Positions 24,601-36,922 of a stretch of 64,000 bases of DNA are shown one piece after another. How positions within the stretch are numbered: position 1 is the first letter of the stretch; every line of letters starts with the position of its first letter. Below the pieces are notes generated by a model, which saw nothing but the letters and a program-made list of their open reading frames with translations, was not told where the DNA came from and made no database searches. Source of the DNA: Phoronis australis. Taxonomy: Eukaryota > Animalia > Phoronida. Position numbers and translations under genes: made by a program. The stretch is from contig NMRA01000353.1 in the NCBI GenBank assembly GCA_002633005.1, positions 257,625 to 321,624 of the forward strand, written 5' to 3'.

Positions 24601-27600
24601 GTCTTTCCCATATTTGGTTTGAGCCCAGAAAATTTTGAAATCAATAAGCACTTTTAAAGGCTAATTTGAGCCCTCTAGACACAGTACTGTGTCATCATGT
24701 CTTCGTTCTATCCATGCAGGTTTTCGAAAATAGTGATACAAATCGGCGCAGGAAACATGAAAGATAGCATGGAATTAGTAAGTAAAATGTCTTTTGTAAT
24801 ATGTGATTTTTGCTTCAGTTATTCCAATCCCGACTTTAACATGCTTTAATAACATGATTATTTTTGCAAACGGGGTCTCTAGTTTGACTTAAAGAGACGT
24901 GAACCACACTTCTGTGTTTTTAGATTCAAGTAATTAGAAGGAATGTACTATGAGTCGCGGATAACCTTTATGGCATTGAATACGAAAATAGAAGCAAGCT
25001 CTACCGTAAAGCATGTGTAAAACTATGTGAGCTGCTTGAGTGCGATGGTGAAGAATGGACACGGTGATCATAATCCGTGTTTATCATATCCCAGTTATGT
25101 AATTATTAATTATCATACCCCAGTTATGACCCGAACAGAGGCCTGGTCTTTATATCTAGTGACCCAAGTTTTGCCAGTTCAATTGTTAAAAGTATTTTTT
25201 TTATGTTCGGCTTATATAATGCATCGACTACATCCCATCGATTGACTACATCCCATCGATTGACCACATCCCATCGATTGACCACATCCCATCTATTGAC
25301 TACATCCCATCTATTGACTAAGTCCCATCTATTGACTAAGTCCCATCTATTGACCACATCCCATCGACTGACTACATCCCATCGACTGACTACATCCCAT
25401 CTATTGACCACATCCCATCGATTGACCACATCCCATCTATTGACCACATCCCATCTATTGACCACATCCCATCTATTGACCACATCCCATCTATTGACCA
25501 CATCCCATCTATTGACCACATCCCATCTATTGACCACATCCCATCTATTGACCACATCCCATCTATTGACTACATCCCATCGATTGACTACATCCTTGAT
25601 TTACCAACAAAGAACCACGTGTCCGAGTCACTGTTAACCAGGCTAATGGTCTTAGAGCTGGACGAGAGACTAAACTATGCTAGTTTCCAGCACAACTGGC
25701 GCAGACATTGGTATATAGATCAGATATGCAACTCGCACGATCTATGACAGCACTCCTCACTAGTTCTCGCCCATCTTAACTCGATTTTAGTGGCAGGTGT
25801 TCAGTAATAGATCCTTCTTTTACTCGTTAAAGGCGCAGCACGCCCAGGCTCTAGGCGCAGATGCTATCTCATGTGTGGCTCCTTCATATTACCGACCGGA
25901 ATCAGAAGGTACTTGCAAAGTTAATTCTATTATAGATTAAATACTAGGGAGTCTGCATACTTAGCAGAAGGTCTCGGATTGGAGTCACCGTCGGGGCAAA
26001 AATCTTTTCTGACGTACATATGTTCATTAGGTCACTTGAAGTGACCAACCGGTGGCGTGCGGGCCAGACTTAAAAATGTTTGAGATCTATATTTCCTCGC
26101 CAGTTCAATGCTAACATATTCAATTCAAGTTTTGTTTTTATGACATGACATGTTGACGAAAGTGATTACGTTTGAACTTGGCTTAATAAGAACAGACATT
26201 TGACGCCATTTTATTTGTTGATGTAATTTTTGTGTTTTGTGTATTGTTGTCGATGCCATTTGGTGGTTCAAGGATTTCGTCACTTAAAGTGGCCACTGAC
26301 AAATGTTCCACCCAAAATTGCGCACTTCTGATTAAGATCACTTATAATTACCCACCGTGACAAGCCGGCTCCTAGACTACCCGGTCCCACAGCGATCTAA
26401 TGAAAAGTTAGTTCTTTCAAAAAATCCCAAAATCTTTTCCATTTTCACTAAGAAACAACTTCATTACAGCATATGGCCTAATCAAAAGTTTTGTCATGCC
26501 AAAGACGCGTTTATAGCCGTTTCAAAAGTTTATTCAATAAAATGCGACTATTTCAGAACAGCTGGTAGACTACATGCAGAACGTTGCTTCGTGTGCACCG
26601 ACTACGCCATTCTACCTGTATGACATCGATTTTATGACCAATATTAAGCGTGAGTGCTATTTCGGCTAGGTAACCGTCATCAGTGCTAATTGGCTACAAT
26701 TTGAAAGTTTTTAGACGTAATACCTATCACTGAGCATTGCGTACGCACCTATTATTATCAGGCCCCTTTGCTATTATTTCCATATATCAGACACTACCAA
26801 GCCACTGAATAATGTGTTACCATCAGACACTACCAAGCCATTGCATAATGTGTTACCCTCAGACACTACCAAGCCATTGAATAATGTGTTACCCTCAGAC
26901 ACTACCAAGCCATTGAATAATGTGTTACCCTCAGACACTACCAAGCCATTGAATAATGTGTTACCATCAGACACTACCAAGCCATTGAATAATGTGTTAC
27001 CCTCAGACACTGCCCAGCCACTGAATAATGTGTTACCCTCAGACACTACCAAGCCATTGAATAATGTGTTACCTTCAGACACTACCAAGAGATTGAATAA
27101 TGTGTTACCCTCAGACACTACCAAGAGATTGGATAATGTGTTACCCTCAGACACTGCCCAGCCATTGAATAATGTGTTACCATCAGGCACTACCAAGCCT
27201 CTGAATAATGTGTTACCCTCAGACACTGCCCAGCCATTAAATAATGTGTTACCATCAGACACTACCAAGCCTCTGAATAATGTGTTACCCTGAGACACTG
27301 CCCAGCCACTGAATAATGTGTTACCATCAGACACTGCCCAGCCACTGAATCTGATGGGGTCCAATCCGTCGTCAGTTTCATCTCACCTACACAATATCGT
27401 CACTGAGAGCGACACTTTATTTTTGTGCAAAACCCTAGAAAGTGGCCAAATTTAGCCAATTTTGGAACATCATGTCTCAGAAATGGGTGATGGATTCATG
27501 TGAAACGTTCAGACACAAAATGCACTGTTCTCCAACAGGCTTTAGGAATTTCCAAATTTTTCCACTTTTGCATGAGAGGCTATCAGTAATAGGAACTTTA

Positions 27601-30600
27601 TGACTTTCATAAAAATCAAAAGTGGCTAAAAACGAAAATCAAATAATAGTTTAGAAAATCGTTTTTGAGGTTTCATCTTGTACATTGATATCAAACATGC
27701 TATTGATACCGTTGTGTTTCTATGGATTGCACCTTTCTCTTTTGCTAAATTTTACTAAAAGACATGGTCACCTGACCCAATTGATAATACATTTGTATAA
27801 AGTCAAACATCAAATTCTACACACACTTTAACTGAGTTAAAATCAGTAGTTTTGTAGATAATTGGCTAAGTACACAGACAATTCCATAAGTTCTTACCTA
27901 ACGTTAAAGGAGAATGCCACCCGATTTAATTAGTCTTTTTACCTTCTTAATCGGTCTATATCCACATCACCTCTTATACGGTCGACCTCACCTTGCCGAG
28001 AGGTATCGCGTTGATCTGTGAGGAAAGTGAGAAACGACGCAGCGACGTCAGTGGTTCGTCTTCAGAGTGAATGCCGCTATATTGCGGTGTATCGTTCTCG
28101 CTTGTCCGAACTATGAAGCTGCGAAGAAAGCGCTTTTTCGACTTCCTCGAGAGCCCGAAATGCTTAGGAAGTGGCTCGCGGTAGTTAAGAATGAAAGGTA
28201 CGCTGTTAATAGCAAGTATAAGGCCGTGAAACATCTCCGTGTCTGTGGCCGGCATTTCGTCGACAGTGATTTCTCTGACGAATTACGGCTTACAAAAGAA
28301 CTATCCATACGTTCCGTTGCCTGTGCATGTTCACGGCGCCTCTCTAGTATTTCTTGATTAGTGTATTCCGGTTCGAAGTGATATCCTGTGAAACCTATCC
28401 GACCCGTGAAGTCTTCGTCGGGTGAGCTCTTGACTAAGTCGGTATTGGCGCCGGGCGAGTTGCCATGTAGACGTTTATTATTCTGCGTTCTGTTTCAAAA
28501 TGAATTATTCTCATCCTAACCAATGCTTATATGACACTGAAACAAGGTCTGTCTCTTTAGATACAATTTGTAATGGGTTGGGGTGCTCGTGAGTGCAAAT
28601 GTTTTGAGAAGCCAGCAATGAATAAACCACTGCTTTACCGGCTTTTGATGCGGCAACAAAGGTAACTAACCGGGCACCGAGGCCGTTTGAGCGCATGCTA
28701 ATTCGGTGTTTGCTGACAGAAAGCTGTTGTGAAACAATTACTCGATTTTATATGCTATGGTCACATGTTAGGGGAATCTTTATTTAGAAATACAAATACA
28801 TTATTCAAATCATTGTTGCTGTACAACCTTTGCCCTGACGGTCTGTGGAAGGGAAACCCGACTTCGCGGCCCCCGACAAGTAAGTAGATTTTGAGTTTCG
28901 TGGCTAATTCACATAAATAATTACGTGCACATTATTTCGTGACTGGAGGTTTAGTTTCCAACTCAAGCTGGTTTATGTTCGTGCCAGTCCCGGCGGCTGC
29001 GACAGGCCTCATCGGGTTTCGAGCCACTGGCCGGGATAACGATTCAGTCCGGCCGCGACGCCGAGCCTAGTGATCGCCGGTTCCGAGCCACTGGCCGGGT
29101 TAACAAGCGTTTTGTGTGTTTAGAACTCAAAAAATCACAAGTATAAACAACAAAGATCTAGGTTCTCCTGTCTGTATTTCACGGAAGATTACTTCGAATT
29201 TATCTCCGAACAGACCCCAAACTCCTGCTACGGACTTTGTAAATTGGCCTGCTACGGTGTGTCCAAATACCAGTAAATCCGTAACAGCGAAATAAAACAA
29301 CACGTTTTTATAAGAACTCGGTGTATTTTTAATGGTTTTACATCGATGTTTGATGATTTATTGGTGTTAAACGATGAATTCAAGCGATAAGCTGACACCA
29401 CTAACCTGTGTTGTGAACTGCTAAACAGACTGCGTGTGAAACCAATTACGTCATTGGATAATTTCAACACCTCCGTCAGGTGTCAGGTAACGCAACTGAA
29501 CCTGCCGTTGTCGAGTAGAACTACTCAATCTAAATTGATACAAAATAGGTTATTTTTGGGTGGCATTCTCCTTTAACGCAACATTCCTGATATCCAGCGC
29601 AGACAGGAATACCGAAGTTGAAAATAAAATAGCCAGAGTGGATTGCCGACCCGTTAACTCGCTCGTTAGACTAGAACTGAACTGACGTTGCGCGTGCTTG
29701 ACGTAAAAACTACCATAACACCCTGCATACAAGCCATAACGACTGGATTACAAAGTGGAGCAGCACATCGGATCTAGACACCACGAAAAAGGCGTGTAGG
29801 GAGCGACGTCTTTTTGTATTCCCCCAAATTAGCCGAATGTGGTGTTTTGTTTATTTTTAGACACGTGTAATTCTGTAAGACCAACCACAAAAACGAGAAT
29901 GGGAAACATAAATCGTGAATGGGGGTTCCTCGTGGCAAGAGTTGGACAGTGTTATAATGCTTAAAACATTGAATACCGACAAACACCCTCTGGCTGACTT
30001 GCCGGTACTGCACATGTCGAAGTGGCGGACTAGTAGTCTCTGACCACGGTGGTGAAAATATTAGCAACTTTAGACAAAACAAATGGAAAGTCGTGAGTTC
30101 CTCTCAACTTTACGGCAAAAACCTTGTGCCAATTACATTGCCGAGTTGTGGTTTAAGTAACAGTATATTTATAATACCAAATTTTTATCATTCACCGTGA
30201 AAATAGTCAGTTTTTAACACTAATTGTTAGCTTTCGCCGTAACTAAGGCTCTGCCTTCCATCATATTAAAATTTTTGTGGTCTGTCCAATAACAACATTC
30301 ACCGGCAACGCCAACACTTTAGTAACTTCTTGAAATAACGAGGAATGTATGACAAATAATGAAAGATTTAACTTCTTATGATATCTTTCTCAATCGTAGT
30401 TACCCTCCAATAAAACAGAAAGTTATGTCAATGTATTATATGAAATCTCACTCCTTCCAACACCATAGCTAGAGCGTTATTACTTTAGTAGAAAATCACG
30501 GAGGAGACACGTCCCTCTTTGAAAAAAGTAAGGGAAGAACGTTCCCTCTGGTTTCATATTCATTGCTTGTAAAGCCATCAGTTACATGAAAAATGCTTGT

Positions 30601-31577
30601 GTTCGTGAGTTAAATGTATGCGTGTTTATATTAATTTTAATTAACCCTTTTTAGTGGACATGGAACGATTTTTTGACCTATCGGATCAGAGAATTCCCAC
30701 ACTGAGGGGAATCAAATACTCGTCACCACACTTAGCAGGATTGACACGATGCGTCAATCACAGAGGTGGGAAATGGCACGTCATGATAGGCACCGACGAC
30801 GTAAGTGAAATCTTAGTTTGAAAATAACGATTTTTTATAACTAGCGCGAAAAGCATGGTTGGGCGGGTTTGAGTCTAATGTGAGACACTGTGAAATCAAT
30901 GTATGACAAAACAACTTCTGTACCTGATTTAACAAATATGTTGCCATATCTTCAGCAATACTTGATGGGACTGGTGATCGGTTGTGAGACAAGCGTGCCG
31001 TGTTCGTATCTTACTCCCACTCATCATCGAATGCACAAGGCCTTCAAGGAGGGTGACATGGACGAGGCTCGCTTGCAACAGGTAGGTCAGTTGAAGTTTT
31101 GCTGATTTGCTCAGCAATGTTCCAAAATAATTATTTTCGAGTTTTGTAATAATGTCGTCGTAATCATGTGTTCGTATAGAAAGGCATAGGCCTGCGGCAC
31201 TTCTTGCTAAATTCATGACTAACGAAATTCATCAGAGTAGATCTATATGAGAGGGAGCCCGTGATAATAGGCAATAACTTAAACACACTTTTCATATACA
31301 ACGCTATATACAATACGTAATATGCATATTTACCATACGTTGTCCTTTCATAACCGTTCTATCGTTGTAGGACCGTTGTTTAAAAGTCAGCAAACTGCGC
31401 TCGAAGCACGGTACAGCAGTCGGTGGATTCGCCGTTTCTCGGAGTGTACTGCCTATGTTAGGCATAGATATCGGGCCGCCTCGTCTACCGTTATCAAAAC
31501 TTAGCTCGGTGGCAGCTAGTATGCTGGAGAAGGATTTAGAAGAAATAGGTTTTTTTGACTGGGCGAAGCCTACATAA
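13806..31577 (+). CDS. NPL: N-acetylneuraminate lyase (NPL/NanA)-like class I aldolase, DHDPS/NAL family; 10 coding exons: 13806-13877, 16958-17019, 18188-18258, 22673-22757, 24720-24777, 25833-25908, 26557-26649, 30655-30800, 30956-31081, 31371-31577 (996 nt, 331 aa + TAA)
   Basis: Hand-spliced with GT..AG at every intron, matching phases and no internal stop. The protein has VVAAPFTPF, VLGTTGEG..MTVEERK, IQIGA, AQHAQALGADAI, PFYLY (catalytic Tyr), GIKYS (Schiff-base Lys), GTDD and the C-terminal GIDIGPPRLPL..LEKDLEEIGFFDWA typical of animal NPL. Exon 1 assignment rests on its phase-0 GTAAG donor and its conservation in the duplicate at 51974. Confidence 0.9.
15426..15851. mobile_element. 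Foldback MITE built of short catacgaac/gttcgtatg repeats (second copy about 36457-37007)
   Basis: Termini caggggtaccatagaatc..gattctatgatacccctg. The left half is the approximate reverse complement of the right half. Confidence 0.75.
19480..21577 (+). mobile_element. 5'-truncated, decayed L1/Tx1-clade ORF2 (RT to zf-RVT) in NPL intron 3, ending at (TA)n 21578-21616
   Basis: QTGFVNGRFIGEN, VDCEKAFDSVSW, SRGCRQGD, QYADDT, IKSLLLPKL, LKWFQMRFLHKI..CTFCK. Many frameshifts. Confidence 0.85.
21765..21916. mobile_element. Short MITE (inverted copy about 51632-51786; partial copy about 18530-18590)
   Basis: ttcagtaacgctaggacc..ggtcctagcgttactgaa inverted ends. The empty site is in the duplicate at about 63172. 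Confidence 0.7.
23000..24700 (-). mobile_element. Decayed L1/Tx1 ORF2 3' fragment, antisense in NPL intron 4
   Basis: Reverse strand gives DDTVLCLEG near 24690, a GLKPNxxKT-like segment, and RIVTNEF..NLCTLCKK near 23600-23680. The 3' boundary is approximate. Confidence 0.6.
23836..23918. repeat. 21-bp tandem repeat (TTTGACCACACTGTGACTCTA) x4
   Basis: Directly visible. Confidence 0.9.
25223..25596. repeat. 18-bp minisatellite (TGACCACATCCCATCTAT), about 20 copies, NPL intron 5
   Basis: Directly visible tandem array. Confidence 0.95.
26787..27349. repeat. 36-bp minisatellite (TCAGACACTACCAAGCCATTGAATAATGTGTTACCC), about 15-16 copies, NPL intron 7
   Basis: Directly visible tandem array with variant units. 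Confidence 0.95.
27908..29572. mobile_element. Kolobok-like non-autonomous DNA transposon in NPL intron 7, carrying a THAP remnant
   Basis: Perfect 15-bp TIR aggagaatgccaccc/gggtggcattctcct, flanked by TTAA at 27904-27907 and 29573-29576. Confidence 0.85.
28071..28330 (+). pseudogene. THAP zinc-finger remnant
   Basis: CIVLACPN..LFRLPREPEMLRKWL..RVCGRHFVDSDF (C2CH THAP pattern). The nearest ATG is out of frame. Confidence 0.75.
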
Positions 31578-32733
31578 GCGTCAAACTGCAAAGAGGACCA
31601 AAGCGAAGCTAGTTCTCATTGGTGACGGTCGTACAATTTGTGTATTTTCGACGTCGTACTTTTGAAGAAATTTTAAAATTTGGCAAGGAAGAGAGCTTTA
31701 AAAGCCTTTCTTTCTTACCCTGGCTGAATCTTAATATTTTTCTGAAGGAAGGTCATTATTTTTTGTTAATGGTGTGCATTATCACTGATCACCTGGAACC
31801 ATTTTATGCTCCTATATAGTTGAAACCGAGTTGAGGAGTTAGAGACCTGTCACAAGGGTCCCAGTGGTGTGTCCCAGTGGAACTCGAACACACGGTCTCG
31901 AGTATAGGAAGCGGACACTGCCTTTTCAAAACATCCCCACTAGAAGGAGCTATACTAATAAACTAAATATAGCCTCTAGGGTGCACCATGCATATCTGAA
32001 ATGCTCTCTTCAATAAGATTCACCTGATATTTTTCATCGTGATTCCTCAAGCAGTTTGACGGATAGGGAGGCAGACGATGAAGACGAATAATAATCAAAT
32101 CCATTAGGGTCTGAATCGGCGCAGGTGTTGTCGTCTCTACTTGTTTACCAAATTTCATGAACACCCATCAAGCAACTGTTGTAAGACGACAAAGAAAACC
32201 AAAGTTGCCAGGGGGACTCAAAATCTGTCAATTGCACGTCCACTTTTCTCGTAAGGAACACTGAGCGAGTTTCATGAAGATTGATATTGAGCTACAGACA
32301 AGAAAATAAAATTGCCGTTAGGGGTTGCTATAGTACACGGACCCTTCCGAAATTATCGTCGGCCATGCTCTTCTAATGGTGCTGAATTTGATTGATAGAG
32401 GCATAAATAATAAAATTAGCCACTAGGTGACACAAGATTTGTCTTATCCATCCGAAAACGGGAAGGCGTCGCAGCCATCTTAATAGGTAACTATCTTGCC
32501 AAATTTCATGGTAATCTGTCAAGTAACTTCAAGGATACAAAGGTAAAAATTGCCACCAGAGGGCACAACAGTATTCGCATGTCGTCATCCATTGTCACGG
32601 TCATAGGAATTTCATAACAATCCTACAAGACGTTTAGGACTGAAGATGTTAGAGTGTTTACACTTGTTGTGAAGCTTGTGACGACACTTTCAGTCAGATA
32701 AAGCCTCTCTAAGTCGCTTCTTAAGCAGCAATT

Positions 32734-32803
32734 GCCTCTTGGCCGAATGGTTTAGACTCTTGGTCGTCGCACGTGCAACCTGGATTCAAGTCCCACAGGA
32801 GAC
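32734..32803 (+). other. tRNA-derived SINE head / tRNA pseudogene
   Basis: A-box TGGCCGAATGGT and B-box GGATTCAAGTCC, but no intact anticodon stem. Similar heads at about 43612, 63425 and (minus) 50415. Confidence 0.45.
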
Positions 32804-33059
32804 ACTGAAATTTTCTACACACGTCATCAGTAAACGGAAATGTGCCATGATGGAGGACAAACAATGGCGGTGGTCATTCGTAGCAAACCGAGTTATCGCG
32901 AATTGCTAACTGCTGGTGATCGGCTTACGTACGACAACTACTGACATATATACGGGTTTTCCGTAGATAAGCCCATCCGATGTAACTCCCATGGGGGTTT
33001 ATTCGGAAAATTATGCCGAATAAACGCCCATGGGTGTTGATTTGATGTTACAACTTCTG

Positions 33060-34974
33060 GGACCGGTTGCATAAAACTTGCTATCCGGCGTATAAGGCCT
33101 TATGCGCCGGATAAGTCCTTATCCGGCGTATTACTTTTTATTACTTATTATAAGTTGGATTGCATAAAAATCGTATAGAGTTATCCGCCGTATAACTCAC
33201 ACTATCCGCCGTATAAAGTTACCCGACCATCAGACCTTAGATAACCCAATCAAAATGAATGCAGTGTATAGATTTAGACCAAGACAGAGGCAATTTGAAA
33301 GAGAAGTTACTGATCCCCTCAACAAGTACACGGATGAAGAGCTGAGAGGGAAGTTTCGTTTTATTTGTGGGCTAGTAGACCAAAATGTTAAGCCTGCCCA
33401 TAAGAAGAAATTTCTCAGTGTCAACCCTGATTCAAGTGTTGGTGCGCCTGAGGTACCTCGCAACTGGCAGCTTCATGAACGTTGTCGGCGACACGTTCCA
33501 CAGCCTGCCCAAGTCAGCTGTCAGTCGAATTGCGTCTCTCGTCACATCCGCAATAGTTCAACATTTAAACAGATTTGTAACATTCCCCACAACCCCACAG
33601 AGGCTCAACGAGATAAAGGCTGGTTTCTACAGAATGGCTCGATTTCCCGGGGTAATAGGTTGTGTTGATGGAACACATGTCTAGATAATTGCACCAAATG
33701 AGAACGAGCCCGACTTCGTGAACAGCCAGAACGATCACAGTCTCAACGTCATGTTGATCTGCGACGAAAAAGGTATTGACAAACTTACGCAACTTTATCA
33801 GCTACTTCTTATCTGGGAATTGGCTTTTGGTTTGACAAATCTCGACGAGTCTTGCATTGTTTTCGAACTTGACCCATTCTACCGATAAAACTGCTAGACT
33901 AGTTGTGACTAATACTGCTGGTTACACGTGACAGATGAAATCATGAATTTGTCCATGTTCCCAGCCCCCGGGATTTGATCAATCAACATAGGGCCATAGC
34001 TTCTATGTTTAAGGAATGGAAAAAATGTTGGTTCTTTAATTATGCAAAAATTGTGTCGTATCGCTGCGGCGGGATTTTTGGTTCACGTAGGCCTACTTGT
34101 AGCTACGTTCGTGCAATGTGTCTGTTCCGTTGACATCTGTAACCCTGTGACCTTGATTCCAAACTTGGTTGACCTATTTTTAAAAACAGTGAATGCCACG
34201 TAGCAAATAATTATTGAACACCTAAGGGAGTTGCACGTTTCAATTTTGAAGAAAAGTGAAAATAGAGAGCATTCTGATGAAAGTGTTGTTAATAATGTAT
34301 CATAAACCGTGCAATATTCTTATGCCTCACTTGATTAATTCATACCTGATTCAATTGGAGCTTCCAGTCCACTGAAACTGGGTGTGTCTGTAAACAATGC
34401 AACGATTTTTTTCTCAGCTTCCTCCATGGGTTTGGGGCGAGAGCCTCCTCCCGTTTTCTTCACTTCTCTTTGCAGTTGGTTCTGTGAGGCTCTCGCCCCA
34501 GACACCATGTGCCTCCACTTTTCCTTTGCGTCATACGCTGTTCTGTTTGCTGTTCCCAGACTTGTGATTTGGGAAGCTATATCTTCCAGACAGAGTTCTT
34601 TTCGGCCTTCGTCACCTTCTGATTGAACTTGCTGTTAATTACTTGCAAGTTCGACTCGGCAAGTTCAGTCAGAAGGTTGATTTCGTGCTTTGTCTAATTA
34701 CAAGATATTTTCCTTTCAGCCATTTTGTCTGTGCCATGGTAACAGGAATTATGGGTATTGCCTTATATGGTATCCAATTTGGCTATCCACCGACATAGAT
34801 ATCCGCCAAATAGTTAACCGAACCTTATCCAAGCTTTGTGCCACCCAAATTTATACGCCGGATAACTATCCGGCGTATAAATCTTATCCGGCGTATTTAT
34901 ACGCCGGATAAGATTTATACGCTTATAAGCTCTTATCCGCCGGATAGTTATACAGACTTTTATGCAACCGGGCC
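33060..34974. mobile_element. PIF/Harbinger element, internally deleted (HARBI1-type transposase on +, Myb/SANT-like remnant on -)
   Basis: TIR ggaccggttgcataaaa/ttttatgcaaccgggcc and 3-bp TSD CTG. 33385-33780 gives LRYLATGSF..FPGVIGCVDGTHV..HSLNVMLICD. Convergent acidic/basic Myb-like fragment at about 34340-34720. Confidence 0.9.
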
Positions 34975-35619
34975 CTGGTGTCAAGTGTCCAGAGAGTGGG
35001 GCGTTTATTCGGAAAGTTTCCTCTTGGAAGCCCACCCAGCGTCAACTTTTAGTCACAAATCTAGTTTTTTGGAGCATTCGTTATTTATAAAAACGAACAA
35101 AGTGTTAGCAAACTATGCATTTATTAACAAAAAATTTAAAAACACTGTTTTAAGTATAAATATCAAACTATGACTTTCCGATTACATGCCCCCTTTTCCG
35201 AATAAACGTCCGGGCGTTTATTTGGTGTTATTAAAATGCCTGAAAATTTTAATTTTCCGAATACACGCCCATGGTTTTATCGATGGAAAATCCCGCTAGG
35301 AGGAATGGAACCTTATGTCATTCCGTAATTGGAACGGGGGAAATCGAGACGGAGGAAAATACAGACAGGGGAAGAAAATAGAAGGGGAACGTACCGTTTT
35401 TGGATCAGTGGTATTCCAACTGCATGGGCAATTTACAGTGAAATAGCATAAAACCAGAAAATAACACATCGTTGCTTTTTATAAGAGCATTTACCAAAAT
35501 GTATCGTAGTTAAATCTTCACGGATTACAAAGTAGCCGTTTGAGCATGCTTTTCAGCTCAGCACAATTCGCCATGTTGCCGATGTCGGAGTTGTAAGCTT
35601 TTCATCACTCAATAAGTAA

Positions 35620-36160
35620 AAAAAACAATGCAGGTGGCCTGATGTCATTTGCAGCAGACGTGCGCAGGCCTTATGGTTGGGCCCACTGCACCAAACACGT
35701 GAGCTAAAGAGAGCACCGTTATGGTTCTTAGTGAAGGATGTTTTCAAGTCTGCCTTATACTTTAAGAAAACAAGACAGACGTTTCCATTTGTTGCCATAT
35801 GTTGTAGGCATGTTGCAGTGTCATCCACTAGGTTGCTCCTTAGTCTATAGAAAGCTGGACAAGATTCTACCAGGTGTTTAGGAGTTTCAACGTCAGTACC
35901 ACACTCGGGACACACTGGGCTCCCCATATGCCCAGAAATGTGTCTGTGGCCCGTCAAAATTTGAATGACGTGTCTTATGCCCAATGTATCAAGACTCAGA
36001 AAGTTTTTTGAACCTTTTGGTTCGATTACGTTGGGAAAGTTCTCCTTGATCTCTCTGTAGGAGTTAAGTGATGCCCACTGGGCTGCTGACAGGGTATACA
36101 CCCAGTTGCGTATACTCATCGTGAAGCATCCGTAAGATACCGGGATATCATGTTCAGGCA
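35620..36160 (-). mobile_element. 3' fragment of an APE-type (LOA/I/R1-like) non-LTR retrotransposon
   Basis: ILTGH..CPECGTDVETPKHLVESCPAF zinc knuckle. The adjacent 3' sequence recurs at about 50085 and 61935. Confidence 0.65.
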
Positions 36161-36764
36161 CACCGAAATCGAAATCGGTCTAGGCTAAGACCGAAAGTAT
36201 AGCAAGGTACAAAGTAGGCTTAAGATTGGACTCGTGGTCTAAAGGATTAAAATGTAGGACCGCCATCACTATAAACTCGGCTGTTGAGGAACAAACTTCG
36301 TTGATATTTTTCGCAATCTAATGTCCCTATACAGTGTCGAATTGAAGACCGCGTGTTTTCAGTTCGAAAACCGCAAAGGTCGCAGAGACAATTTTACACG
36401 CGACCATAGACTATAGTATATGGATAGCCAACTCCGTATATTTTCAGTGGATCAAAGATACCATAGAATAATACCCACGAGCATGGCATCTTACGCACGA
36501 ACCTATGAATCATTTATACGAACCCATGAATCATGCATACGAAGCCAAAAATCACGGATAGGAACAAAAATCATGCACACGAACCACAAAAATCACGCAT
36601 ACGAACATAAATCATACGCACGAGCATCCGAATCACGCGCACAAACCACCAAACGATTAAGGGTTCTTGCGTGTGATTCGATGTTCTTATGTTTGTGGGG
36701 GCGCATGATTTTATTTTTTCAGGCACATGTTTTTTGTTCGTATGCGTGACTTTTGGGTTCGTGT

Positions 36765-36922
36765 CAGTGGCGGATTTAGAGGGGGGCCAAGGGGGCCATG
36801 GCTCCCCCTAAAACTCTCCCAGATTCCATTTGGCAGTTCAGGGGTGCGCCGTCTGACGGGCAAAATCCTGGTTAATACTCTGCCCTGGCCCCCCCTAAAT
36901 AAAAATCCTGGATCCGCCCCTG
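36765..36922. mobile_element. MITE CAGTGGCGGAT..ATCCGCCCCTG with 5-bp TSD CGTGT
   Basis: TSD at 36760-36764 and 36923-36927. It interrupts a foldback MITE whose uninterrupted copy is at 15426-15851. Confidence 0.85.

Noticed and set aside
25124-25637. Long repetitive ORFs on both strands (VNRWDV / TTSHLL)
   Set aside because: By-product of an 18-bp stop-free intronic minisatellite. No splice or start context, and the NPL frame is complete without it.
26774-27364. 36-bp repeats resembling a CRISPR array or a repeat protein
   Set aside because: Units are contiguous with no unique spacers, there are no cas genes, and the array lies in a eukaryotic intron.
13806-31577. Identification as HOGA1 or bacterial DapA / contamination
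   Set aside because: GTTGE and the FFDW C-terminus fit NPL. Nine spliceosomal introns exclude bacterial contamination.
32734-32803. Functional tRNA gene
   Set aside because: Anticodon and acceptor stems do not pair. Treated as SINE-like.
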